A stretch of 64,000 nucleotides of DNA from an uncultured Clostridium sp. (GTDB taxonomy: Bacteria; Bacillota; Clostridia; Clostridiales; Clostridiaceae): the NCBI GenBank assembly GCA_934746785.1, contig CAKVFO010000001.1:16967-80966 (forward strand), in the 5' to 3' direction. This document shows, in pieces, positions 39,913-50,279 of this stretch (the stretch's first letter is position 1; every line of letters begins with the position of its first letter). The position numbers and the translations under genes were made by a program. Under the pieces are notes generated by a model. The model was not told the DNA's origin. It ran no database searches and saw only the letters and a list, made by a program, of their open reading frames with translations.

Positions 39913-40398
39913 ATGAGCGTTAAAGGTAGAGTATTCAAATATGGAGATAATGTAGATACAGATGTAATCATTCCGGCAAGATATTTAAACACTTCAGATC
40001 CAAAGGAACTTGCTGCACACTGTATGGAAGATATAGATATAGACTTTGTTAAAAAAGTTAAACCAGGAGATATCATAGTTGCAAATAAAAACTTTGGCTG
40101 TGGCTCTTCAAGAGAACATGCACCACTAGCAATAAAGACAGCTGGAGTTAGCTGTGTTATAGCATCAACATTTGCAAGAATCTTCTATAGAAACTCAATC
40201 AATATTGGGTTACCAATACTTGAATGTGATGAAGCTGTTAAATCTATTGATGCAGGGGATGAATTAGAAGTAGATTTCAAATCAGGTGTAATTAAGAATT
40301 TAACAAAGAATGAAAGTTATCAAGGTCAAGGATTCCCAGAATTCATGCAAAGAATCATTGATAATGATGGATTAATTGGATATATAAAATCAAAATAA
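39913..40398 (+). CDS. leuD: 3-isopropylmalate dehydratase small subunit
   Basis: 161-aa swivel domain with [11 protein letters not shown]. It lies immediately after leuC. Confidence 0.9.
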   Translation: MSVKGRVFKYGDNVDTDVIIPARYLNTSDPKELAAHCMEDIDIDFVKKVKPGDIIVANKNFGCGSSREHAPLAIKTAGVSCVIASTFARIFYRNSINIGLPILECDEAVKSIDAGDELEVDFKSGVIKNLTKNESYQGQGFPEFMQRIIDNDGLIGYIKSK

Positions 40399-40428
40399 GC
40401 AATAAGAATAAATCGGGGGGTTAAACAT

Positions 40429-41508
40429 ATGAAATATAATATAGCAGTAGTTGCTGGAGACGGTATAGGTCCAGATATAGTAGATGAAACAATAAAGGTT
40501 TTAAATGTAGTAGGAGAAAAATTCGGACATGAATTTGCTTATACTCATGCATTAGCAGGTGGATGTGCAATAGATAAATTTGGAACAGCACTTCCAGATG
40601 AAACATTAGAAGTTTGTAAGAAATCAGACGCAGTACTTTTAGGAGCAGTTGGAGGACCAAAATGGGATGACCCAGATGCAAAAGTAAGACCAGAGCAAGC
40701 TCTTATGGGATTAAGATCAGGATTAGGTCTTTACTGTAACTTAAGACCTGCAACATTATATGCACCACTTAAGAATGCATCTCCTTTAAAGGAAGAATTA
40801 GTAGACAAGGGAATAGATATTGCAATAGTTAGAGAATTAACTGGTGGTATCTACTTTGGTAAAAGAGGAAGAGAAGTAGTTGATGGTGTTCAATCTGCTT
40901 ACGATACAGAAAGATACAATGTAAATGAAATAAAGAGAATTGCTAAAATAGGTTTTGAAACAGCAATGAAGAGAAAGAAAAAGTTAACTTGTGTTGATAA
41001 AGCTAACATACTAGAAAGTTCAAGACTTTGGAGAGTTGTTCTTGGTGAAATGGCTAAGGATTATCCAGAAGTTGAATTAAACTATTTATATGTTGATAAT
41101 GCAGCAATGCAAATAGTTAAAGAACCATCTCAATTTGATGTTATTGTAACTTCAAACATCTTTGGAGACATCCTTTCAGATGAAGCTAGTATGGTTACAG
41201 GATCAATTGGTATGTTACCATCAGCATCACTTGGTGATGGAACTAGAGGAATGTATGAACCAATCCACGGAAGCGCTCCTGATATTGCAGGACAAGGTAT
41301 TGCTAACCCACTAGCAACAATTCTTTCAGGTGCTATGATGCTTAGATACAGTTTCAACCTAGAAAAAGAAGCTCAAGCTGTAGAAAAAGCAGTTCTAGCT
41401 GTACTTGAAGATGGATACAGAACTGGCGACATAATGAGCGAAGGAATGAAAAAAGTCGGAACAGTTGAAATGGGTAAATTAGTAATAGATAAAATAAAGG
41501 AGATGTAA
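40429..41508 (+). CDS. leuB: 3-isopropylmalate dehydrogenase
   Basis: [39 protein letters not shown] and [12 protein letters not shown] are present. Confidence 0.95.
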   Translation: MKYNIAVVAGDGIGPDIVDETIKVLNVVGEKFGHEFAYTHALAGGCAIDKFGTALPDETLEVCKKSDAVLLGAVGGPKWDDPDAKVRPEQALMGLRSGLGLYCNLRPATLYAPLKNASPLKEELVDKGIDIAIVRELTGGIYFGKRGREVVDGVQSAYDTERYNVNEIKRIAKIGFETAMKRKKKLTCVDKANILESSRLWRVVLGEMAKDYPEVELNYLYVDNAAMQIVKEPSQFDVIVTSNIFGDILSDEASMVTGSIGMLPSASLGDGTRGMYEPIHGSAPDIAGQGIANPLATILSGAMMLRYSFNLEKEAQAVEKAVLAVLEDGYRTGDIMSEGMKKVGTVEMGKLVIDKIKEM

Positions 41509-41513
41509 TTAAT

Positions 41514-43175
41514 ATGAGAAGTGACGTTGTAAAAAAAGGTCCTTCAAGGGCACCACATAGATCACTATTTAAGGCATCTGGTCTAACTGATGAAGAAATA
41601 GATAGACCATTAATAGGTGTTGTAACATCTCAAAATGATATAATTCCAGGTCATGTTAATCTAGATAAGATTGTTGAAGGAGTTAAGAAAGGAGTACTAA
41701 TTGGTGGGGGAACACCATTAGTATTCCCAACAATAGGTGTTTGTGATGGTATTGCAATGGGACATGAAGGAATGAAATATTCCTTAGTAACAAGAGAACT
41801 TATAGCAGATAGTATTGAATGTATGGTTAAAGCTCATGGTTTAGATGCTTTAGTTTTAATTCCTAATTGCGATAAAATAGTTCCAGGAATGATGATGGCA
41901 GCTATGAGATTAAATATACCTGCTGTTGTTGTAAGTGGAGGACCAATGCTTCCAGGTAAATTTAAGGGTACAGATGTTTCATTAACTACTGTATTTGAAG
42001 GCGTTGGGGCTTTCGAAAATGGTACAATGCTTGAAGCTGACCTTAAAGAACTTGAAAATAATGCATGTCCAACATGTGGATCATGTTCAGGTATGTTTAC
42101 AGCTAACTCAATGAACTGTTTAGTAGAAGTTCTTGGTATGGCGTTACCTGGAAATGGTACTATACCAGCTGTTTATTCAGAAAGAATAAGACTTGCAAAA
42201 CATGCAGGTATGGCTGTTATGAATCTTTTAGAAAAAGATATAAAACCAAGAGATATAGTAACTAAGGAATCAATAGAAAATGCTTTATCAGTAGAAATGG
42301 CACTAGGATGTTCTTCAAATACTGTTTTGCATTTAACTGCTATAGCTAATGAGGCAAAAGTGCCAATAAATTTGGACATTATAAATGAAGTTTCAGAAAG
42401 AGTCCCAAATCTTTGTCATTTAGCACCAGCATCTCAAACTCATATAATTGATTTATATGCAGCTGGTGGAATTGGGGCAGTTATGAATGAACTTTCTAAG
42501 AAAGATTTACTTCACCTTGATTGTATAACTGCAACAGGAAAAACTCAAAGAGAAAATATAGAAGGTAAGCATGTATTAGACTATGAAATAGTAAGACCAA
42601 TAGATAATCCATACATGACTACTGGTGGAATTCAAATATTAAGAGGTAACTTAGCAGTAGATGGAGCAGTTGTTAAGAAATCAGCTGTTGCACCAGAAAT
42701 GCTTGTACACGAAGGACCAGCTAAGGTATTTGATTCAGAAGAAGAAGCTATTGCAGCAATTATGGGTAAAAAGATAGTTGCTGGAGATGTTGTAGTTATA
42801 AGGTATGAAGGACCAAAGGGAGGTCCAGGAATGAGAGAAATGCTATCTCCAACATCAGCAATAGCTGGTATGGGATTAGATAAAGATGTAGCCCTTATAA
42901 CAGACGGAAGATTTAGTGGGGCAACTAAGGGTGCATCAATAGGTCACGTATCACCAGAAGCAGCTGAAGGAGGAATTATCGCATTAGTTGAAGATGGAGA
43001 TTTAATTTCTATAGATATCAACAACGGTAAGTTAGACCTAAAGGTATCAGAAGAAGTACTAGACCAAAGAAGAAAGAACTTAAAACCATTTGAACCAAAA
43101 GTTAAAGATGGATATTTAGCAAGATATTCTAAACTTGTTACATCTGCTAGTACAGGTGCAGTATTCAAATACTAA
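41514..43175 (+). CDS. ilvD: Dihydroxy-acid dehydratase
   Basis: [27 protein letters not shown] and [12 protein letters not shown] are present. Confidence 0.95.
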   Translation: MRSDVVKKGPSRAPHRSLFKASGLTDEEIDRPLIGVVTSQNDIIPGHVNLDKIVEGVKKGVLIGGGTPLVFPTIGVCDGIAMGHEGMKYSLVTRELIADSIECMVKAHGLDALVLIPNCDKIVPGMMMAAMRLNIPAVVVSGGPMLPGKFKGTDVSLTTVFEGVGAFENGTMLEADLKELENNACPTCGSCSGMFTANSMNCLVEVLGMALPGNGTIPAVYSERIRLAKHAGMAVMNLLEKDIKPRDIVTKESIENALSVEMALGCSSNTVLHLTAIANEAKVPINLDIINEVSERVPNLCHLAPASQTHIIDLYAAGGIGAVMNELSKKDLLHLDCITATGKTQRENIEGKHVLDYEIVRPIDNPYMTTGGIQILRGNLAVDGAVVKKSAVAPEMLVHEGPAKVFDSEEEAIAAIMGKKIVAGDVVVIRYEGPKGGPGMREMLSPTSAIAGMGLDKDVALITDGRFSGATKGASIGHVSPEAAEGGIIALVEDGDLISIDINNGKLDLKVSEEVLDQRRKNLKPFEPKVKDGYLARYSKLVTSASTGAVFKY

Positions 43176-43239
43176 TTTGGTGAAAGGCTTTAAGCTTACT
43201 TAGGGGTAAGTAAATTTTTATGATAAGGAGGGGGCTTAT

Positions 43240-44907
43240 TTGTTACTATCAGGATCGGATATAGTTGTTAAATCTTTAATAGATGAAGGTGTTAAAATAG
43301 TCTTTGGTTATCCAGGCGGACAGGTTATAAATATCTATGACTCGCTATATAAATATCAAGATGAAATAAAGCACGTATTAACATGCCATGAGCAAAATGC
43401 CGCTCATGCAGCAGATGGTTATGCAAGAGCTACAGGTGAGGTAGGTGTTTGTATCGCAACTTCAGGCCCAGGTGCAACTAATCTTGTAACTGGAATTGCA
43501 ACAGCTTATATGGATTCAATACCACTAGTAGCGATTACAGGAAATGTTCCAATGAACCTTCTAGGAAAAGATAGTTTCCAAGAAGTTGATATAAGAGGAA
43601 TTACAATGCCTATAACAAAGCATAATTACATTGTTAAGGATGTAAATAAACTTCAGGAAGTAATTAGTGATGCTTTCCGTATTGCAAAGGAAGGCAGACC
43701 AGGCCCAGTTTTAATTGATATTCCTAAGAATATTCAGATTGAAAAAGCTGAGTATAAAAATATAAGTAAAGCAGAGCCAAAGAAGTTTAAAGTAAACCAA
43801 GATAAAATTAAGACAGCCATTGAAATGATTAATAAGGCTAAGAAACCTTTTATATATGTTGGTGGTGGTGCAGTTGCATCAAATGCAGCTGAACAAGTTT
43901 TAGCTTTAGCTGAAAAGATAAATTCACCAATATGTAATTCATTAATGGCTAGAGGTGTAGTTCCAAGTAATCATCCGTTATATACAGGTATGATTGGTAT
44001 GCATGGAACAAAAGCTTCCAATATAACAGCTACAAAATGTGATTTATTTATAGCATTAGGTGCAAGATTCTCTGATAGAGTTATCTCTAATCCAGAAAAC
44101 ATCAGCAATGCTAATATAATTCATATAGATATAGATCCAGCTGAAATTAATAAAAATGTTAAGGTAGACTTATCAATTGCAGCAGACTTAAAGGATGCTT
44201 TAGAGCTTATCGTTCCAGCAATTAATGAGAAGAATAATGAAGAATGGTTAGAAAACATGAATTCATTAAAGAAACTACCTGCATATAAGGCTGAAGGAGA
44301 AGATGTATTAAGTCCAAAGGTATTATTTGATGCTTTAAATAAAGTAAAAGATAAAGAGTTAATAATATCTACTGAAGTTGGGCAGCATCAGATGTGGACT
44401 GCTCAATATTATAACTTTAAGAAACCAAGAACTCTTATAACATCAGGTGGACTTGGAACAATGGGATTTGGACTAGGAGCAGCCATTGGTGCTCAGTTTG
44501 GAAGGCCAGATTGTAAAGTTATTAATATAGCAGGAGATGGAAGCTTCATGATGAATTGTCAAGAAATTGCTACTGCTGTCTCCAATAAATTGCCAATTAT
44601 CATGATTATTATGAATAATAATGTTCTAGGAATGGTTAGACAATGGCAGACTCTTTTCTTTGATAAGAGATACTCTAATACAACACTAAATAGAAAAACT
44701 GATTTAGTTAAACTTGCTGAAGCTTTTGGGGCTGAAGGTTATAGAGTAAGAGAAAAGGATGAACTTGATGATGTCTTAAGTAAGGCATTAGAAGCAGAGG
44801 GACCAGTTCTTATTGATTACAGAATTGATAGCGATAAGAATGTATTCCCAATGGTTGCTCCAGGAGCACCAATTAATCAAATAATCACTGAAAGTGATCT
44901 TGATTAA
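43240..44907 (+). CDS. ilvB: Acetolactate synthase large (catalytic) subunit
   Basis: A ThDP enzyme with GYPGG, TSGPGATNLVTGIATAYMDSIP and GLGTMGFGLGAAIGA...GDGSFMMN. TTG start after AAGGAGGGGG. Confidence 0.9.
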   Translation: MLLSGSDIVVKSLIDEGVKIVFGYPGGQVINIYDSLYKYQDEIKHVLTCHEQNAAHAADGYARATGEVGVCIATSGPGATNLVTGIATAYMDSIPLVAITGNVPMNLLGKDSFQEVDIRGITMPITKHNYIVKDVNKLQEVISDAFRIAKEGRPGPVLIDIPKNIQIEKAEYKNISKAEPKKFKVNQDKIKTAIEMINKAKKPFIYVGGGAVASNAAEQVLALAEKINSPICNSLMARGVVPSNHPLYTGMIGMHGTKASNITATKCDLFIALGARFSDRVISNPENISNANIIHIDIDPAEINKNVKVDLSIAADLKDALELIVPAINEKNNEEWLENMNSLKKLPAYKAEGEDVLSPKVLFDALNKVKDKELIISTEVGQHQMWTAQYYNFKKPRTLITSGGLGTMGFGLGAAIGAQFGRPDCKVINIAGDGSFMMNCQEIATAVSNKLPIIMIIMNNNVLGMVRQWQTLFFDKRYSNTTLNRKTDLVKLAEAFGAEGYRVREKDELDDVLSKALEAEGPVLIDYRIDSDKNVFPMVAPGAPINQIITESDLD

Positions 44908-44941
44908 CAAATTAATTAGCTAAAAATAATATATATAAATA

Positions 44942-44990
44942 AAAACAGACTATTTCAGGAAACGTAACTCCTAAAATAGTCTGTTTTTTT
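44942..44990 (+). terminator. Rho-independent terminator of the ilv/leu operon
   Basis: AACAGACTATTT pairs with AAATAGTCTGTT around an inner AGGA/TCCT pairing, followed by T7. Confidence 0.8.
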
Positions 44991-45184
44991 GCTTCAATTG
45001 AGTCAGAAACAATGTTTTTATCATTTATAATAATTTCTTTCGATGTGGGTTCAATAATTCAAACAGTCATCTAAAAGGTTTGCTGAGAAGAATCTTTATA
45101 AAATGTTATAAAAATTTTTAAAGGGAAGATACTAATAGATATTAAAAGAAAGTTCTTGGTTTAAAAAAAGATTTGTTATTTTAG

Positions 45185-45196
45185 TTAGCTGGCTAA
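45185..45196. promoter_or_regulatory. Candidate MarR operator half-site pair (distal)
   Basis: TTAGC-TG-GCTAA palindrome, related to the perfect palindrome at 45313-45324. Confidence 0.3.
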
Positions 45197-45312
45197 ATTA
45201 GTACATACAAAAAATGATATTTTTATATTGAAATTATATTAAATTTATATTACTATTTTCAATAGTAGCCACAAACTATTAAAATATGTTATTTTATAGA
45301 GTGATATTATTG

Positions 45313-45324
45313 TTAGTCGACTAA
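45313..45324. promoter_or_regulatory. Candidate MarR operator (proximal)
   Basis: Perfect 12-bp palindrome TTAGTCGACTAA, 20 nt upstream of the MarR start codon and next to the RBS. Confidence 0.4.
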
Positions 45325-45343
45325 ATAAAAGGAGGGGGAATTA

Positions 45344-45811
45344 TTGTTTGTTAATAAGTCATTATTAGGATTGTTCCTTCAAACTGCAAGACTTCAGTTT
45401 TTAAGAACTCATAGCTTATCAGGAAAAACTGAGGCACATCATGGGCAAGGAGGCTTGCTTGTAGCACTTCACTTTAAGGATGGTCAGACTCAAAAAGAAT
45501 TAGCACAGCTTATGGGAAGAAAACCAGCAACTATGACTGTTATGATTCAAAGAATGGAGAAAAATGATCTAGTGAAGAAGGAGCAGGATAAAGAAGATCA
45601 AAGAACTACTAGAATCTATATAACAAAGAAAGGAGAAGAAGAATATAAAAAAGTAAGAGAGATATTCGAGCAAATGGAGGAAGAGATGTTTGCAAACTTT
45701 TCTGTTGAGGAAAAGATTGTTTTTAAGCGGCTTTTAATGCAGATACAAGATAATTTTTTAGAAAAGATGCCAGAGGTAAAGTTATTTTGCCAAGAAAGTA
45801 ATGAAAAATAG
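45344..45811 (+). CDS. MarR family transcriptional regulator
   Basis: The winged HTH QTQKELAQLMGRKPATMTVMIQRMEKNDLVKKEQDKEDQRTTRIYITKKGEE is present. TTG start after GGAGGGGG. Confidence 0.85.
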   Translation: MFVNKSLLGLFLQTARLQFLRTHSLSGKTEAHHGQGGLLVALHFKDGQTQKELAQLMGRKPATMTVMIQRMEKNDLVKKEQDKEDQRTTRIYITKKGEEEYKKVREIFEQMEEEMFANFSVEEKIVFKRLLMQIQDNFLEKMPEVKLFCQESNEK

Positions 45812-45830
45812 GACAGGAGGATATTACTAG

Positions 45831-48023
45831 ATGTTAAAGTTAATTAAATACTTAAAAAGTTCAGTAGGTGCAGTATTAATGATTGTATTGTTATTACTGG
45901 TACAAGCTTTTTGCGATCTTTCATTACCTGATTACACATCTAACATAGTTAATGTTGGAATTCAGCAAGGGGGAGTAGAGGATGCTGTCCCAGATGTAAT
46001 TAGAAAGACAGAATTAGATAGGATTTTATTATTTACAAATGAAGATGATAAAAATAATATTTTGGATAATTATACATACTTGGATAAAGGGTCATTAAGT
46101 GAAAGTGAATTTAATGATTATAAAAAGGATTATCCAGAATTGGAAAGTGAATCTCTATATAAATTAAATGATGTTAATAATGAAGAGAGGGATTCATTAA
46201 ATAATATATTTGGAAAACCTATAATGATTGTTTCTACTTTAGAAGGTCAAGAAAATAGTGATCAAGTATTTATGGGAATTTCTATGATGTTAAAGGAACA
46301 ACGTGATGCACAGTTTGCTCAAATGGCAGATAAATTTGATGATATATCAGATAGCATGGTTACTCAAGCAGCAACTACTTATATTAAAAATGAATATAAG
46401 GCTATAGGAATTGATACTGATAAGATGCAGATTAATTACATTTTATTTACTGGAGCTAAAATGATAGGAATAGCACTTGTAAGTATGGCTGCAGCTGTAG
46501 TAGTAGGCTTTATAGGTGCAAGAGTAGCGGCTAAGATTGCTAGAGAGCTTAGAGGTAAGGTATTTAGTAAGGTTATGAGATTTTCTAATGAAGAAATGGA
46601 AAAATTCTCAACAGCTTCATTAATTACTCGTAGTACAAATGATATTCAACAAATACAAATGTTTATTGTTATTTTCCTAAAGGTTGTGTTATATGCACCA
46701 ATATTAGGACTTGGAGGAGTATATAAAGTATTCCAGACAGATGTATCAATGTCATGGATAATAGCTTTAGCTGTAGGGGTAATATTTGTAGTTATCCTAG
46801 GTTTATTCACAATTGTAATACCAAAGTTCAAAGTTGTTCAAAAATATGTGGATAAATTGAACTTAGTTACTCGTGAAATAGTAACAGGTATTCCAGTAAT
46901 AAGAGCTTTTAGTACCCAAGAGCATGAATATGAAAGATTTGAAGCTGCTAATAAAGATTTAACTAAAACAAATCTTTTTGTTAATAGAGTAATGGCAGGA
47001 ATGATGCCATTGATGATGCTTATTATGAATGCTGTAACAGTACTTATTGTGTGGAATGGTTCAAAGGCAATAGATGCTGGAAACATGCAAGTTGGAGATA
47101 TGATGGCATTTATGCAGTATGCAATGCAGATAATTATGGCATTCTTAATGATTTCTATGATATCAATATTACTTCCAAGAGCTTCAGTTTCAGCAGCACG
47201 TGTTAATGAAGTTTTAGATACAGACATAGTATTAAAAGATATAGAATCACCTAAGAAATTTATAGAAAGCAGAAAAGGATATGTTGAGTTTAAGGATGTT
47301 TCATTTAAATATCCAGATGGAGATGAAGATGTTCTTCAAAATATATCATTTACTGCAAGACCAGGAGAAACTACTGCCTTTATAGGAAGTACTGGTTCAG
47401 GAAAATCTACATTAGTAAATTTAATTCCACGTTTCTATGATGTAACTGAAGGTGAGATATTAGTAAATGGAGTTAATATTAAAGAAGTTTCTCAACATGA
47501 TTTAAGAGATAAGATAGGTTATGTACCTCAAAAAGGTATATTATTCTCAGGAACTATTGAATCAAATCTTAAGTATGGTAAGATGGATGCTTCAACAGCA
47601 GATGTAGAAAAGGCTGCTGAAATTGCTCAAGCTACAGAATTTATTAATTCTAAACCAGAAGGATTTGAATCACCTATAGCACAAGGTGGTACTAATGTAT
47701 CAGGAGGTCAAAAACAAAGACTTTCAATAGCTAGAGCTATAGCTAAAGAGCCTGAAATATATATATTTGATGATAGTTTTTCAGCTCTTGACTATAAGAC
47801 TGATGCTACTTTAAGAAGAGCTTTAAAGAAAGAAACAGGTGATAGCACTGTTCTTATAGTTGCACAAAGAATAAGTACTATTTTACATGCTGATCAAATA
47901 GTTGTTTTAGATGAAGGTAAGGTAGTAGGCAAGGGAACACATAAAGAACTTTTAAAGACTTGTGAAGTTTATAGAGAGATAGCTGAATCACAACTTTCAA
48001 AGGAGGAACTTGCAAATGAGTAA
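45831..48023 (+). CDS. ABC exporter, fused permease/ATPase subunit (heterodimer partner A) with an enlarged first extracytoplasmic loop
   Basis: Walker A GSTGSGKST, signature VSGGQKQRLSIARA and Walker B IYIFDDSFSALD are present. A ~165-aa hydrophilic segment lies between TM1 and TM2. Confidence 0.9.
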   Translation: MLKLIKYLKSSVGAVLMIVLLLLVQAFCDLSLPDYTSNIVNVGIQQGGVEDAVPDVIRKTELDRILLFTNEDDKNNILDNYTYLDKGSLSESEFNDYKKDYPELESESLYKLNDVNNEERDSLNNIFGKPIMIVSTLEGQENSDQVFMGISMMLKEQRDAQFAQMADKFDDISDSMVTQAATTYIKNEYKAIGIDTDKMQINYILFTGAKMIGIALVSMAAAVVVGFIGARVAAKIARELRGKVFSKVMRFSNEEMEKFSTASLITRSTNDIQQIQMFIVIFLKVVLYAPILGLGGVYKVFQTDVSMSWIIALAVGVIFVVILGLFTIVIPKFKVVQKYVDKLNLVTREIVTGIPVIRAFSTQEHEYERFEAANKDLTKTNLFVNRVMAGMMPLMMLIMNAVTVLIVWNGSKAIDAGNMQVGDMMAFMQYAMQIIMAFLMISMISILLPRASVSAARVNEVLDTDIVLKDIESPKKFIESRKGYVEFKDVSFKYPDGDEDVLQNISFTARPGETTAFIGSTGSGKSTLVNLIPRFYDVTEGEILVNGVNIKEVSQHDLRDKIGYVPQKGILFSGTIESNLKYGKMDASTADVEKAAEIAQATEFINSKPEGFESPIAQGGTNVSGGQKQRLSIARAIAKEPEIYIFDDSFSALDYKTDATLRRALKKETGDSTVLIVAQRISTILHADQIVVLDEGKVVGKGTHKELLKTCEVYREIAESQLSKEELANE

Positions 48024-49857
48024 TAGGAAACCAGGAATGGGCCATGGACCAATGGGTAGAATGCATGGCGAGAAAGCTAAGGATTTTAAGGGAACATTAA
48101 GTAAATTACTTAAGGAAATGAAACCTTTTAGAGTTGGTGTAGCAGCTGTAATTCTTTTTGCTATTGTAAGTACAGTTTTTTCAATAGCAGGACCAAAGAT
48201 ATTAGGTAAAGCTACAACTGAAATATTTAGAGGATTAGTTGCTAAAGTTTCTGGAAGTGGACTTGGAATAGATTTTGATTATATAGCTAAAATTCTAATT
48301 ACTATATTAGGACTTTATTTAGTAAGTTCTATATTCCAATTTATGCAGAGTTATATAATGAGTGGTATTTCTCAAAAGTTATGTTATAACCTTAGAAATG
48401 AAATGGAACATAAACTTGATAGAATGCCAATGAATTATTTTGAAACTAGAACTCATGGTGAGGTCTTATCAAGATTTACTAATGATATAGATACGTTAGG
48501 ACAAAGTTTAAATCAAAGTATAACTCAAGTAATTACTTCAGTAACAACTTTAATTGGTATTTTAATAATGATGCTTTCTATAAGCGTTAAGATGACTTTA
48601 GTTGCAATACTTGTACTTCCAATTGCAGGAGGATTAATAGCAGGAGTAGTTAAGAAATCACAAAAATATTTTAAGTCTCAACAAGAATACTTAGGTCATG
48701 TAAATGGTCAAGTTGAGGAAGTGTATGGAGGCCATAATATAGTTAAGGTATTTAATGCTGAGGAAAGATCCATAGAAGAATTTAATGAAGTAAATAATAA
48801 GTTATATGATTCAGCGTGGAAATCACAATTTTTATCAGGTATGATGATGCCTATTATGACTTTTGTAGGAAACTTAGGTTACGTTGGTGTTTCTATAATG
48901 GGTGGATATCTTGCAGTTAAGGGATCTATTGAAGTAGGAGATATTCAATCATTTATTCAATATGTAAGAAACTTTAATCAACCAATAGCACAACTTGCTC
49001 AAGTATCAAATATGTTACAAACTACAATGGCAGCTGCTGAAAGAGTTTTTGAATTTTTAGAAGAAGAGGAAGAAGAACAATTTGTTAAGAATCCAGTAAG
49101 TATAAAAGGACTTAATAGCAGTGTTGATTTTGAAAATGTTCATTTTGGATACAATCCTGATAAGATAATAGTTAATGACTTTAGTGCTCATGTTAAACCA
49201 GGACAAAAGGTTGCAATTGTTGGACCAACTGGTGCAGGTAAGACTACAATGGTTAAGCTTTTGATGAGATTCTATGATGTTAATAGTGGTGCAATTAAAA
49301 TTGATGGTCATAATATTAAGGACTTTAATAGAGCAGAACTAAGAGAAATGTTTGGTATGGTTCTTCAAGAAACATGGCTATTTAATGGAAGTATTGCTGA
49401 TAATATTAAGTATGGAAAACTTGATGCTACTCAAGAAGAAATAGAAGAGGCAGCTAAGGCAGCACGTATTCATCATTTTATTAAGACTTTACCTGGTGGA
49501 TATAATATGGAACTTAATGAAGAAGCAACGAATGTATCTCAAGGTCAAAAGCAGTTATTAACTATAGCAAGAGCTATTTTAGCTGATCCTAAGATATTAA
49601 TATTAGATGAAGCAACAAGCTCAGTTGATACTAGAACAGAACTTTTAATTCAAGAAGCTATGGATCATTTGATGGAAGGAAGAACAAGTTTCATCATTGC
49701 ACACAGGTTATCCACAATTAGAAATGCAGATATCATTTTAGTAATGAAAGATGGGGATATAATTGAGCAGGGTAATCATGAGGAGTTACTTAAAAAGAAA
49801 GGTTTCTATTATAACCTTTATAATTCTCAATTTGAAAAAGAAGAAAGTGTTTGTTAA
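48016..49857 (+). CDS. ABC exporter, fused permease/ATPase subunit (heterodimer partner B)
   Basis: Walker A GPTGAGKTT, signature VSQGQKQLLTIARA and Walker B ILILDEATSSVD are present. ATG 48016 lies 9 nt after GGAGGA. Confidence 0.9.
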   Translation: MSNRKPGMGHGPMGRMHGEKAKDFKGTLSKLLKEMKPFRVGVAAVILFAIVSTVFSIAGPKILGKATTEIFRGLVAKVSGSGLGIDFDYIAKILITILGLYLVSSIFQFMQSYIMSGISQKLCYNLRNEMEHKLDRMPMNYFETRTHGEVLSRFTNDIDTLGQSLNQSITQVITSVTTLIGILIMMLSISVKMTLVAILVLPIAGGLIAGVVKKSQKYFKSQQEYLGHVNGQVEEVYGGHNIVKVFNAEERSIEEFNEVNNKLYDSAWKSQFLSGMMMPIMTFVGNLGYVGVSIMGGYLAVKGSIEVGDIQSFIQYVRNFNQPIAQLAQVSNMLQTTMAAAERVFEFLEEEEEEQFVKNPVSIKGLNSSVDFENVHFGYNPDKIIVNDFSAHVKPGQKVAIVGPTGAGKTTMVKLLMRFYDVNSGAIKIDGHNIKDFNRAELREMFGMVLQETWLFNGSIADNIKYGKLDATQEEIEEAAKAARIHHFIKTLPGGYNMELNEEATNVSQGQKQLLTIARAILADPKILILDEATSSVDTRTELLIQEAMDHLMEGRTSFIIAHRLSTIRNADIILVMKDGDIIEQGNHEELLKKKGFYYNLYNSQFEKEESVC

Positions 49858-50117
49858 TGAACTACGTATATATAATTAAATGTGGGGATGGTTCATTATA
49901 TACAGGATGGACTAATGACTTGAAGAAGCGATTTAAAAATCATTGTGAAGGAAAAGGTGCTAAATATACAAGAGGAAGAGGACCTTTAGAACTTGTATAT
50001 TTTGAAACTTTTGAAGATAAAAAAGAGGCGATGAGAAGAGAATACGCTATTAAAAAATTAAAAAAATTGAAGAAGGAAAAATTAATAGAAGGTTTTAGAA
50101 AACCAAAGTTAGTTTAA
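49857..50117 (+). CDS. GIY-YIG nuclease superfamily protein (UPF0213-type)
   Basis: YVYIIKCGDGSLYTGWTNDLKKRFKNH..GKGAKYTRGRGP is present. The ATG overlaps the TAA stop of the ABC gene (TAATG). Confidence 0.85.
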   Translation: MNYVYIIKCGDGSLYTGWTNDLKKRFKNHCEGKGAKYTRGRGPLELVYFETFEDKKEAMRREYAIKKLKKLKKEKLIEGFRKPKLV

Positions 50118-50121
50118 AGGA

Positions 50122-50163
50122 AGTATCAGATGGTTAAGTCTCTTAGCTATCTGATATTTTTTT
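50122..50163 (+). terminator. Rho-independent terminator
   Basis: TATCAGATGG pairs with CTATCTGATA (9 of 10 positions), followed by T7. Confidence 0.65.
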
Positions 50164-50279
50164 AATTTAGTTAATTTCAGGTAAAAAAAGTTAATAGTTT
50201 ACGAAAAAATGTTATTTAATAAGAAGATAAAAGATATAATTTAGTTTGTTACAAGAATCGATTCTGTAGAACTAAAGAT

